From: an uncultured Spirochaetota bacterium
GTDB lineage: Bacteria > Spirochaetota > Brevinematia > Brevinematales > JAOACQ01
Reading direction: 5' to 3'
Assembly: GCA_963768055.1 (NCBI GenBank)
Contig: CAVYGN010000002.1
Coordinates: 1,312,001-1,376,000 of the forward strand
DNA length: 64,000 nt
A model generated the notes under the pieces. It saw only the letters and a program-made list of their open reading frames with translations. It was not told where the DNA came from and ran no database searches. Both the position numbers and the translations under genes were made by a program. Below, in pieces: positions 1-9,665 of the stretch (within the stretch, counting starts at the first letter, position 1; every line of letters starts with the position of its first letter).

Positions 1-2
1 CC

Positions 3-275
3 GCCGAAACTAAAGAGGGTTCGTCGAACCAGATTGTATTCGGCGCCGACAGGAGTTACAGTTCTTTAAACCCTTTTACCGGAGAACAGCAGACAGGCAC
101 CTGGACAATCGATCCGACTATGCGCGTCATAACAGTTTACATTAATCCTTTGGCCGGAAACAGCAATTCCAACAACCTTGTCATATCGAACAGGTATGAT
201 TTTCCTGAAAGCGGTATGTTAAAGCTTATCAATCCTTCCAATTCTTCTTATTTTATCGTGTTAAAACGCGGCTGA
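3..275 (+). CDS. 3' part of a hypothetical protein (truncated by window start), beta-rich, possibly lipocalin-like
   Basis: Open frame from position 3 to TGA at 273-275: AETKEGSSNQIVFGADRSYSSLNPFTGEQQTGTWTID...FIVLKRG*. It converges on mutL. Confidence 0.6.
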   Translation, partial: AETKEGSSNQIVFGADRSYSSLNPFTGEQQTGTWTIDPTMRVITVYINPLAGNSNSNNLVISNRYDFPESGMLKLINPSNSSYFIVLKRG

Positions 276-280
276 CCCTT

Positions 281-2017
281 TTAGAAACCGAGACGCTTGA
301 ACTGCTTTTCTATATCATGTTTTGAAATACTGAATGCGACCGGCCTCCCATGGGGGCATGAGAAACGGTTCGGGGTATCTTCCCAATCACTTATAAGCGA
401 TATCGCTTCCTCCCTGGAAATCGATTCTCGGGCGCGGACTGACCGTTTGCAGGCCATTTGCTTCATCGCCTTATCTATGAAATCTATGGATTTCGCTCCC
501 GGATTATCCTCCAGGGTCTCTATGAATCCGGTCAGAGCGTCGGCCGCGTCTCTGTAATCGATGAATGGCGGCGCTGCGCTGATCAGAAACCTCGGTCCCC
601 CGAAGTGTTCGACAGAAAAGCCCATAGACTGGAGAATGGGAAGGTTATCGATCAGATCATCAACGATGCCGGTGGGAACGTCGACGTTTACCGGGTTAAG
701 AAATTCCTGAGCCTCCAGAAGGTGCTTTTCAAAACTATCCTTTAATTTTTCGTAATTGATCCTTTCATGCGCGGCATGCTGGTCGATCATTATCATCTCT
801 TCTTCATTTTCGAATAAAAGATATGTCATAAACACGGCGCCGATATACCGGCATTCGGAAACTCTAACCGCCCTCCCGGGTTTAAAGAGGCCGGGATCGG
901 GGCCGGCGGCATTTGGCGCGGCAGGAGTGTAAGCTCCGTCTTTATTTACCATAAAGTTTGAGATCGCGGCGCTTATCCGTGCTTCGAAGGGAGTAAAACG
1001 GACCTCTCCGTCATCGCTTTCATTTATTCCAGTATTTGAATAGAGAGATTTTTTTATGGCGTCTCCCACAGCCTTCGTTATAATAGCCTCTTCCCTGAAG
1101 CGGACCTCTTTTTTCATTGGATGAACATTAACGTCTATATATGAGGGGTTGATTGTGAGAAATATAAAAGCGCCGGGATAATATCCCTTGGGAATGAGAT
1201 TGCCATAGGCATTGCTGATCAGGAAAAAGAAATTTCTCCATTCCACGGCCCTTCTGTTCACATAAAAGGCCTGGTACATCCTGTTAGGCCGCAGGAAAAC
1301 CGGTTTTGTAACAAATCCTGTGACGTTGAAATTTTCACCCATTCCCTCGACAGGGATAAGATGCGCGGCTGCGTCGGAATAAAAATCAGCTATTCTCTCA
1401 AGATGGGTCGTTTTTTTCGGTGAAATATATTTTCTTTTTCCCTCTGAAATAAATTCGAAACTGATCTCAGGGAACGCCAGGGCTTTTTTTACTATTTCCT
1501 TTTCCAGCATTTTTTGTTCGGAACTGGACCCGGAAAGAAATTTTTCCCGTGCGGGAAGGTTGTAAAAGAGATCTTTAACTATAACTGTTGTGCCTGTGTT
1601 CATTCCCGTCTCGTCGATCGGCAGTGTTTTACCGTCCCTTATTTCCAGGTGAAAACCCCCGGGCGAGCCTTCGCGCCTTGATAGTATGGAAACCCGGGAC
1701 ACTTCTGTAATGCTGGATAGGGCTTCGCCCCTGAAACCGAGGGTCTTCAAGGAGTCGATATCTTCGAAAACGGATATTTTACTCGTCGCATGATTTTTTG
1801 TGCATAACGCGAGATCGTCTTTGTCCATTCCCCTGCCGTTATCCTGGACCTCAATATAGGTTTTTCCCCCGTTTGAGACCCCGACCGAAATCCTGTCTGC
1901 GCCGGCATCAATGGAATTATCGAGGAGCTCCCTGACCACGGACGCAGGCCTTTCTATGATTTCGCCCGCTGCGATCTTGACGACTGTATTGTAATCCAGT
2001 TCATGGATCAAGCCCAC
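281..2017 (-). CDS. mutL: DNA mismatch repair endonuclease MutL
   Basis: IAAGEIIERPASVVRELLDNSIDAGA, HATSKI, LGFRGEAL, DVNVHP. C-terminal endonuclease motifs DQHAAHERINYE, ACK, CPHGRP. Confidence 0.97.
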   Translation of the reverse strand: MGLIHELDYNTVVKIAAGEIIERPASVVRELLDNSIDAGADRISVGVSNGGKTYIEVQDNGRGMDKDDLALCTKNHATSKISVFEDIDSLKTLGFRGEALSSITEVSRVSILSRREGSPGGFHLEIRDGKTLPIDETGMNTGTTVIVKDLFYNLPAREKFLSGSSSEQKMLEKEIVKKALAFPEISFEFISEGKRKYISPKKTTHLERIADFYSDAAAHLIPVEGMGENFNVTGFVTKPVFLRPNRMYQAFYVNRRAVEWRNFFFLISNAYGNLIPKGYYPGAFIFLTINPSYIDVNVHPMKKEVRFREEAIITKAVGDAIKKSLYSNTGINESDDGEVRFTPFEARISAAISNFMVNKDGAYTPAAPNAAGPDPGLFKPGRAVRVSECRYIGAVFMTYLLFENEEEMIMIDQHAAHERINYEKLKDSFEKHLLEAQEFLNPVNVDVPTGIVDDLIDNLPILQSMGFSVEHFGGPRFLISAAPPFIDYRDAADALTGFIETLEDNPGAKSIDFIDKAMKQMACKRSVRARESISREEAISLISDWEDTPNRFSCPHGRPVAFSISKHDIEKQFKRLGF

Positions 2018-2835
2018 AATTCATTCCTCTTGTTTAACTTTAAAGAAATGTATATCCCCGAAGCCCCTATAAGGATCATAGGAATGCATAGAACCATTCC
2101 CATCGTAAGCCAGCCCCAGGCGAGGTAGCCTAGCTGGGCGTCAGGCTCCCTGAAAAATTCCACAAATCCCCTGAAAAATCCGTAACCTAAGAAAAAAGAG
2201 GAAATTAAGAGGCCCCTGGGCTTATGTTTCAGCCTGGATATAAATAATAGTATTATGAACAGTAGAAGCCCTTCCAGGGCCATTTCGTAAAGCTGGGAGG
2301 GGTGCCGGGGAAGGCTCCCGGGAGCGTTCCGGAATATCATGCCCCATGGGACAGTTGTCGGCCGCCCCCAAAGTTCCCCGTTGACGAAATTTCCCCACCT
2401 CCCCAGAAAAAGGCAGAAAGGGACGGGAATTATGCAAATATCCGCAAAATCGAAGAAATTTTTTTTTCCGGCGGAAAGGTATATCCATCCCGAGGTAAGA
2501 ACCCCTATGAAAGCCCCATGGAAAGAAAGCCCCCCTTCCCAGATTTTAAAGATGTCCCCTGGGTTCTGCAGGTAATAGTTTAGATTATAAAAGAGAACGT
2601 AGCCGAGCCTTCCCCCGATTATCACTCCGAGAAATGTGTAAAAAATAATGTCCGAAAGTTCCGATTCGGTGATCTTTATCCTGCCCTTTTTTATCTGGAA
2701 ATAGATAAAAAAATAGGAGAACAGGAAGCCCAAAACGTACATAAGACTGTACCATCGTATGGCGAAAGGGCCCCATATCTGCAATATAAGGGGATTGATA
2801 TCAGGCTGGATTAGGGAAGCTGCGATTGGATTCAT
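2008..2835 (-). CDS. lgt: prolipoprotein diacylglyceryl transferase
   Basis: IRWYSLMY, GGRLGYVLFY, WEGGLSFHG, GRWGNFVNGELWG, RHPSQLYE, RGFVEFFREPD. Overlaps the mutL start. Confidence 0.97.
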   Translation of the reverse strand: MNPIAASLIQPDINPLILQIWGPFAIRWYSLMYVLGFLFSYFFIYFQIKKGRIKITESELSDIIFYTFLGVIIGGRLGYVLFYNLNYYLQNPGDIFKIWEGGLSFHGAFIGVLTSGWIYLSAGKKNFFDFADICIIPVPFCLFLGRWGNFVNGELWGRPTTVPWGMIFRNAPGSLPRHPSQLYEMALEGLLLFIILLFISRLKHKPRGLLISSFFLGYGFFRGFVEFFREPDAQLGYLAWGWLTMGMVLCIPMILIGASGIYISLKLNKRNELWA

Positions 2836-2910
2836 AATATTCTCCTTATGTCGCCATAATTTTAATTAATATGTTAATAATAAGTCAAAATTTATATAAC
2901 ATTTAACTAT

Positions 2911-3060
2911 AGGGCCCTTCTAATAACCGTCTTTTCACGCCGAGCAAGTCGGCACAAGGGCGGCAAGGTTTGGCCCATAGAGTTTATGCCCGTAGGGTGC
3001 GGTTTCATTACGATTTGAACATTATTTATTAATGACATAGTTAGTTTTTGGAACCGCCCT
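2911..3060. mobile_element. MITE-like element with imperfect terminal inverted repeats (family E, copy 1)
   Basis: Left end AGGGCCCTTCTAATAAC, right end GTTTTTGGAACCGCCCT. Colinear similarity to 42268-42380. Confidence 0.65.
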
Positions 3061-4905
3061 ATAGTCATTTTTCTTTCTCATCACCGGGCTCTTCGAAATG
3101 ACAGAAACGACCTTCATTTTCTGCCGTTCCTTTTTTTCCCGGTCTTTTTCCACAAAAAGCTTTTCTCCTGTAAACGGGTCGGTCCCGGTATAATACATGA
3201 CTGTCGAATAAGTAGAAGGCGTCGGGGTGAATATCTGGACCTGTTCGGGCCTGATGTGCAGCCCCTTTGATATGGAAATGCTTAAATTTCTCATCGAGGC
3301 TTCAGTGCACCCGGGATGGGCGGCGATGAAGTAATAAGTCAGAAACTGTTTTCTTCCCGTTTCATTATTTATACGGTCGAAAATATTTTTAAAAGAGATT
3401 ATTTTATCCCAGCCCGGCTTTCCCATAAGAGACAGAACACTGTCATCGCAGTGTTCGGGGGCAAGTTTCATCTGCCCTGACGTATGATCTTTAATCAAAA
3501 TCCTGAGATAGTCTTCGCCGTATTTCCTGTCAAGCAACACAAGGTCATGGCGGATTCCCGAAGTCACGAAAACATTGAAATTTCTTCCCTTTTCAGTTTT
3601 CATTTCTTTTAATTTCTTTAAGAGGCCGATCTGATTCTTATGTGAAAGCTTCAAATTCGGGCATGGCCGGGGAAAAAGGCAGGACCCGGATTCGCAGCCC
3701 GGGAGATCAGGCGGGCGGTTGCAGCCGGTGCCGTACATATTAGCCGTCGGGCCGCCGGCAAGCTGCAGCGTTCCCCTGAAATAAGGGTGTTTAATAAAGG
3801 AAGCCGCTTCTTTCAATATGGAATCCTCGCTCCTTGAAACGACGGTCCTGCCCTGGTGTACGGAAATGGAACAAAAACGGCATCCCCCGTAGCACCCCCG
3901 GTGTGTGGCGATTGAAAACCTTATAGTTTCAATAGCGCGCACCTCGCCCATTTTTTTATAAAAAGGATGTACGTCTCGTTCATAACCGATATTATAAACC
4001 TCGTCGAGTTCCTCTCCTGTTGAAGGCGGTGAAGGGGGATTATGAACCAGGAACCTGTTCCCGGTTCTCTGGAGAAGGCCTGTGCTGCTTAAATCTCCGC
4101 AATTAGAATAAAAAATCCTGAACATATCGATGAATTTCTGCTTGTCTTGAAGCACCTCATCGTAATCCGGCAGCCTTATGTAATCCTTAAAAATACCTGT
4201 TTCCTTTTCACCTGAAATAAAACATATCCCTTTGATATCGTTCCAGGGCTTATTATCTTTCAAGCGCTCTGCGAGAAGAACGGCCTGCTTTTCTCCCATT
4301 CCGTAGATTAGAATGTCGGCCTTTGAATCGAATAAAACCGGCCTTCTTATCGCATCGTCCCAGTAGTCGTAATGAGCAATACGGCGGAGGCTGGCTTCGA
4401 TCCCGCCGAGCACGATAGGCTTTGTATTTTTGTAATACCTTCTTATAAGGTTAACGTAGGCGATGAGAGCCCTGTCCGGTCTTTTATTATTAATGCCGCA
4501 GGGTGTAAAATCGTCGGTGCGTCTTTTTTTTAAAGAAGGTGTGTAATTTGCGACCATGGAATCGACACAACCTGCGCTTACGCCCCAGTAAAGCGAGGGT
4601 TCTCCCAGCCTGGTAATATCTCCGGGGCTTTTTATATCCGGCTGGGAAATAATTCCAACCCTAAAGCCTTTTTTAATGAGAAGTTGGCCGATTATGGCGC
4701 ATCCGTCGAAAGGACTGTCAATGTATGCGTCGCCGCTGACAAGGATAATATCAAGGGTTTTCCAGCCCAACCCGGCGAGCTCTTCAGGTGTTGTCGGTAT
4801 GAACATAATAATCTCTATCAGCATTTTAGCATTATATTGCTGAAATTGAAAGAAACCGAATTGTTTAGTTCGACCGCAGAAAATTAACCTCCGATTTTGT
4901 TGCAA
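3022..4905 (-). CDS. YgiQ/UPF0313-family radical SAM protein (likely start ATG at 4806)
   Basis: DIILVSGDAYIDSP, GGIEASLRRIAHYDYW, HRGCYGGCRFC (CxxxCxxC), LAPEH, YFIAAHPG, EQVQIFTPTP. Confidence 0.92.
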   Translation of the reverse strand: MQQNRRLIFCGRTKQFGFFQFQQYNAKMLIEIIMFIPTTPEELAGLGWKTLDIILVSGDAYIDSPFDGCAIIGQLLIKKGFRVGIISQPDIKSPGDITRLGEPSLYWGVSAGCVDSMVANYTPSLKKRRTDDFTPCGINNKRPDRALIAYVNLIRRYYKNTKPIVLGGIEASLRRIAHYDYWDDAIRRPVLFDSKADILIYGMGEKQAVLLAERLKDNKPWNDIKGICFISGEKETGIFKDYIRLPDYDEVLQDKQKFIDMFRIFYSNCGDLSSTGLLQRTGNRFLVHNPPSPPSTGEELDEVYNIGYERDVHPFYKKMGEVRAIETIRFSIATHRGCYGGCRFCSISVHQGRTVVSRSEDSILKEAASFIKHPYFRGTLQLAGGPTANMYGTGCNRPPDLPGCESGSCLFPRPCPNLKLSHKNQIGLLKKLKEMKTEKGRNFNVFVTSGIRHDLVLLDRKYGEDYLRILIKDHTSGQMKLAPEHCDDSVLSLMGKPGWDKIISFKNIFDRINNETGRKQFLTYYFIAAHPGCTEASMRNLSISISKGLHIRPEQVQIFTPTPSTYSTVMYYTGTDPFTGEKLFVEKDREKKERQKMKVVSVISKSPVMRKKNDYRAVPKTNYVINK

Positions 4906-4933
4906 TTTTGATAGGTAGTATTAAAATTGTTAT

Positions 4934-7192
4934 ATGGTTAAAGCAAAGAAAAGGTTGACGATAGGCTTGCAGATCAATAACCTGATTCATGATTATCCAA
5001 AACCGATCTTCAAGGGTGTTTCCGATATGGCGGAAGAACTCGATGTCAATTTAATCGTTTTCAGGGGCGAGTCTCCGAATACTCCTTCAGGGTACGGTTA
5101 TCAATGCAATATAGTTTACGACCTTATTCATCCCAATTACATAGATGCGCTGATTATAACTTCCGGTACAATCTGCAATTTTATTTCGCTGAAAGAATTC
5201 AAAGCCTTTATTTCCAGATTCAAGCCGATACCGCTTGTAAGTATTTCGATTCCGATCCCCGGAGTACCGAGCTTACTGATCGATAACGCGAAAGGCATCA
5301 GAGAATCGGTAAAACACCTGGTTAAATACCACAAAAGAAAGAAAATAGCCTTTCTCAAGGGGCCGAAATCAAACCCGGAAGCGATAATAAGGTACAAGGC
5401 GTTCTGCGATGAATTGGATAACTGCAGCCTGGGAGTCGATGAAAAACTGGTATATTGCGGGAATTGGTCAGAATGGTCGGGAAAAGACGCGATCATAGAA
5501 TTTCTTGATAAAAGGAAGGTGGAATTTGACGCCCTGATCTCCTCCAACGACGATATGGCGATAGGGGCAATGAAGGAACTCACTTCAAGGGGCATCGAAC
5601 TGCCTTACCAGATATCTATTATGGGATTCGACGATATTCAGGATTGTGAATATTCGATCCCTGCGCTCTCGACAGTCAAGCAGCCTTTATACCAGCAGGG
5701 CAGGCTTGCAATGAAATGCGCTTATGATTTACTTCAAGGGAAAAAAGTCCCGGATAGGATAGTTCTCCCCACGAAACCGGTCCTTCGGACCTCCTGCGGC
5801 TGTATCGACCTTTTATTCAAGAAAACAAATGGAAAGTGCGTAAACATCGAAGCCGACATAAACGAAATCATTATAATGTCAGACGACCTTGTGCCTGTAA
5901 AGCAGGAGATCTTTGATATAGTTAAAAAACTTATAGATATTTCTACAAAAAAGTCGAAACCCGATCATGATGAAACGTTGAAATATATATCCAGGACAAT
6001 TACCTCACAGCTAAAAACCGGGAAAGATATTACGATCTGGAAATCCATCTTTAATGTTTTAAACTCATATATAGCAGGCACGAATTCGCCGTGTAAAAGC
6101 GCTGTAAAAAAGATTATTGAAGATTCCCTTATTATTGTCAGGGAGCTGTTTTACAGCAGGGAAGTCTCTAACAGGATAACGGTTGAAAGATCTATTATCA
6201 ATACCAGGACATCCGTTCTTGAAATAACTGCAGCGATTTCAACCGAGGAATTGTGCAACAAGATAATTGAAAATGTTAAGGTATTCGGCCTCAAGGGCTG
6301 TTATATTTTCAATTTCGACAGGATCTATGAGCATAAGAAAAATATGGTATGGAAAATGCCTGAAAAAGTAATGCTCTTCCTTGCATACAATGAGAAAATC
6401 AACCTGAACGTAAATACGGCGAAAGATTATTATTTTTCCCCGTACGAATTCATACCAAAAAAGCTATACGATTCTTCTAAAAGTCATATATTCCTTGTCT
6501 CTCCGAATTATTATTTACTGGATCAGTACGGATATATAATTTACGACATGAGCATAAAAGACGGATACGTTTATGATTTTATAACTATGGCGATAAGCAG
6601 CACATTAAGGAGCGTGCTCCTGCTGATGGAAAGAAAAGCGGCGGAAATGAAGCTGAGAAAGGTCCTGTCTGAACTTGAGAGTTCCAACCAGAAACTGGCC
6701 AGCCTCTCAGAAACCGATGAATTAACCGGTTTATTTAATCGGAGGGGCTTTATCCGTTTCGCCAATCAGCAGATTTCTCTGGCGCGCCAGATACAGCAGA
6801 ACGGGATTTTGCTTTATATAGATATGGATGGCTTGAAGAAAATAAACGACAAGTATGGGCATGATGCGGGAGACGCCGCCCTTAAATTAGCCGCGGAAAT
6901 ATTCAAAATTGTTTTCAGGAAAATGGATATTATAGGCCGTATCGGCGGCGACGAATTTGTCGTATTCATGATAAATACCGACGAATATACGATGAAAATC
7001 ATACTCAAAAGGTTATATAATATTATAAATGACAAAAACAAATCCGCCGATAAGGTTTTCAACCTGTCGCTGACTGTCGGAGAAACCTTGTTCAACTATG
7101 AGGAGGATATTTCAATATTCGACCTGATGGAAAGGGCGGACAGGGCAATGTACGACATGAAAAAGGAAAAGGCAACCGGGGAAAACCGTTAA
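4934..7192 (+). CDS. diguanylate cyclase with N-terminal LacI-type sugar-binding domain
   Basis: N-terminal PBP1/LacI ligand-binding motifs (SNDDMAIGA, GFDDI, LSTVKQPLYQQG) with no HTH. C-terminal DELTGLFNRRG, DMDGLKKINDKYGHDAGD, RKMD I-site, GGDEF. Confidence 0.9.
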   Translation: MVKAKKRLTIGLQINNLIHDYPKPIFKGVSDMAEELDVNLIVFRGESPNTPSGYGYQCNIVYDLIHPNYIDALIITSGTICNFISLKEFKAFISRFKPIPLVSISIPIPGVPSLLIDNAKGIRESVKHLVKYHKRKKIAFLKGPKSNPEAIIRYKAFCDELDNCSLGVDEKLVYCGNWSEWSGKDAIIEFLDKRKVEFDALISSNDDMAIGAMKELTSRGIELPYQISIMGFDDIQDCEYSIPALSTVKQPLYQQGRLAMKCAYDLLQGKKVPDRIVLPTKPVLRTSCGCIDLLFKKTNGKCVNIEADINEIIIMSDDLVPVKQEIFDIVKKLIDISTKKSKPDHDETLKYISRTITSQLKTGKDITIWKSIFNVLNSYIAGTNSPCKSAVKKIIEDSLIIVRELFYSREVSNRITVERSIINTRTSVLEITAAISTEELCNKIIENVKVFGLKGCYIFNFDRIYEHKKNMVWKMPEKVMLFLAYNEKINLNVNTAKDYYFSPYEFIPKKLYDSSKSHIFLVSPNYYLLDQYGYIIYDMSIKDGYVYDFITMAISSTLRSVLLLMERKAAEMKLRKVLSELESSNQKLASLSETDELTGLFNRRGFIRFANQQISLARQIQQNGILLYIDMDGLKKINDKYGHDAGDAALKLAAEIFKIVFRKMDIIGRIGGDEFVVFMINTDEYTMKIILKRLYNIINDKNKSADKVFNLSLTVGETLFNYEEDISIFDLMERADRAMYDMKKEKATGENR

Positions 7193-7304
7193 AAAAATAT
7201 ATTCAAAGTCGAACCTCTCCCTGTACACGAATACCGCTCCTCTTTGACTTTCAAGAATTACTGATTTATAATTTTTTTTCTTTGAACATACAGGGGTCGT
7301 TTTA

Positions 7305-9050
7305 ATGGAAAATGCTCTTTTTATAATATTTCTTTTTTCCTGTATTTCACTATCCGGCGCTCAGAGCTTCATGGATGTTCAGGATATAAAACCGGGAATG
7401 AAGGGTTACGGGCTTACGGTATTCAGGGGCTGGGAACCCGAAAAGTTCGGGGTGGAAATAATAGATGTAATGAAAAATTCGAACCCGAAAGGCGATATAA
7501 TCCTGGCCAGGCTGTCGGGCCCCGATGTAGAAAAGAGCGGAGTCATCGCAGGCATGAGCGGAAGTCCGGTATATATAGGGGGAAAGCTCTTAGGGGCCGT
7601 AGCTTATACCTGGACTTATACGAAGGAGCCGATTTGCGGCATTACCCCGATAAAGCAGATGATTGCCGAAAAGTACAGCACCGGCAGCGGTAATTTAAAA
7701 ACCGCTTCCTCCGGGCCTTTGAATTTCAAGAAAATAGGGACCCCTGTTTTTTTGAACGGATTCACGGGTGAAGGCGAGGCCTTTGTCAGAAAGGTTTTCG
7801 AAGATAAAACCGGCGGCGGAGGCGAAGAGTTCTTTGTCATGAATACAGGAGATGCCCTGAAAGCCCCTGAAAATGACGGGACTATGAACTTAAAGGCCGG
7901 GGATTCCGTTGCCGTCAACCTTGTCGACGGGGATTACCATGTCGAGGGTATAGGGACAGTAACCTATGTATCGAATGACGATATTTATTTATTCGGTCAT
8001 CCTATGGACCTTTCGGGCATGGTCTCGCTGCCTATCTCGCGTTCATATATTTATACTGTTGTCCCTTCAAGCTATTTTTCCTTTAAACTCGGGACTTCGT
8101 CTGACCCTCTCGGCGCAGCGATATATGACGGCCAGAACGGAGTTTATTGCATAAGAGGCGCTGATATACATATGGTACCGGTAAGCGTGGATATTGGCAG
8201 GGATGGAAATGTCTATCATTATAGCTTCAGGGTCGCGGACAGCAGGTATTATTTCCCCGCGTTATGTTCAGGGGCAGTTTCTTCATCCCTTCTTAACCAT
8301 GCAGGCTATCTTGACGATAAAATGCTTAACCTGAGATATACTGTAGATATGGATTACAAAGGAAAGCATTACCAGGCAAAAAACATATTTAATTATGCTT
8401 TTAATCCGGCTTATTTAAGCGTATATGGAATGATCTCGGATCTGAATGGGCTTTTCGCCGCATTTTATGATAATAATATAGGTGAAATAAAACTTTCGGG
8501 GATCAGCATCGGAATTGATATAATGAAGGGTATTGATTATTATATAGTGGACAATTTGACTGTGGATAAAAGCTATTATAGACCGGGGGAAGTTATCCGC
8601 TGCAGGGTCATGTTAAAAAAATACGGGTCTAAATACGAGCAAAAGGATTTCGAGCTTAAGATACCAATAGAAACAAAGGCAGGGCAGTACTGGCTCCTGG
8701 CCGGGAGCGAACCGTTTTTTTACAACGAAGCGGCGAAGATGTTTCCTAAATATTATACCGTTAACAACATAGATGATCTTATAAGCCTTGTAGAACAGAA
8801 GCAGGATATAACCCGTCTTATCGCGGGTTTTATTTACGCCAGGCAGGGAGTCATGGTCAAAGATAAAAGATTGGAAAACTTCCCGGAGAATTACCGGTTT
8901 TTATTCGGGTTTAACAAACCATGGGATAAGGCAAATACAATGTTGTTTCCCGGATGGGTAAGGGACGATATCCCCGTGGAAAAAGCTGTTTTCGGTATTT
9001 TAAAAATAAGCGTCAACATTGCTGAGAAGCAATCTTTAAATCCGGAGTGA
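7305..9050 (+). CDS. secreted SpoIVB-like peptidase S55 domain protein
   Basis: Signal-peptide-like N-terminus. IKPGMKGYGLTVF, GVIAGMSGSPVYI, GITPI, GTVTYV, FGHP. Confidence 0.85.
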   Translation: MENALFIIFLFSCISLSGAQSFMDVQDIKPGMKGYGLTVFRGWEPEKFGVEIIDVMKNSNPKGDIILARLSGPDVEKSGVIAGMSGSPVYIGGKLLGAVAYTWTYTKEPICGITPIKQMIAEKYSTGSGNLKTASSGPLNFKKIGTPVFLNGFTGEGEAFVRKVFEDKTGGGGEEFFVMNTGDALKAPENDGTMNLKAGDSVAVNLVDGDYHVEGIGTVTYVSNDDIYLFGHPMDLSGMVSLPISRSYIYTVVPSSYFSFKLGTSSDPLGAAIYDGQNGVYCIRGADIHMVPVSVDIGRDGNVYHYSFRVADSRYYFPALCSGAVSSSLLNHAGYLDDKMLNLRYTVDMDYKGKHYQAKNIFNYAFNPAYLSVYGMISDLNGLFAAFYDNNIGEIKLSGISIGIDIMKGIDYYIVDNLTVDKSYYRPGEVIRCRVMLKKYGSKYEQKDFELKIPIETKAGQYWLLAGSEPFFYNEAAKMFPKYYTVNNIDDLISLVEQKQDITRLIAGFIYARQGVMVKDKRLENFPENYRFLFGFNKPWDKANTMLFPGWVRDDIPVEKAVFGILKISVNIAEKQSLNPE

Positions 9051-9053
9051 TTT

Positions 9054-9650
9054 ATGCAATCTAGCGATAAATTCTGGACGATCCCCAATGTTCTGACAAT
9101 GATGCGCATAATTCTTGTAGTTCCTATCGTCCAGCAGATGCGCATAAATACGCTGGAATCGAGTTTTATAGCTTTTATTCTTTTCATGATAGCTTTCCTG
9201 ACCGATTTCTTAGACGGTTTCCTGGCTAGGGCCCTGAAATCGGTCAGCAAGATCGGCCAGTTCATCGATCCCATGGGCGACAAGATCCTTACTGTAACGG
9301 TATCCGCGCTCCTTTATTTCAGCCACAAGACGCACTTTTATTTTTTCCTGCTTATACTCCTGAGAGATCTGGTGATTTCGATGGGCGCTATATACGCCCT
9401 CAATTCTAAGAAAAAGCTGGTTCAACCCCTGCTCAGCGGTAAGATAACCACTTTTATTCTCGGAATTATCCTTGCTCTGTATCTTTTAAAAGATTCATTC
9501 GCTCCCAGCCAGACCGATTTCTACCTGGTTTTGAATACAATAGTGACTTACGGCACCATGCTGACTTCATTAATGCTAATCGTGTCGGGGCTTAATTACG
9601 CGGTTAATTATTACAGAGGATTTCTTGTCCAGAAGTCCGTCGTCAAATAA
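9054..9650 (+). CDS. CDP-alcohol phosphatidyltransferase (PgsA-like)
   Basis: TIPNVLTMMR and DFLDGFLAR...GQFIDPMGDK signature. Hydrophobic. Confidence 0.9.
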   Translation: MQSSDKFWTIPNVLTMMRIILVVPIVQQMRINTLESSFIAFILFMIAFLTDFLDGFLARALKSVSKIGQFIDPMGDKILTVTVSALLYFSHKTHFYFFLLILLRDLVISMGAIYALNSKKKLVQPLLSGKITTFILGIILALYLLKDSFAPSQTDFYLVLNTIVTYGTMLTSLMLIVSGLNYAVNYYRGFLVQKSVVK

Positions 9651-9665
9651 AATTACAGGGTTTTT

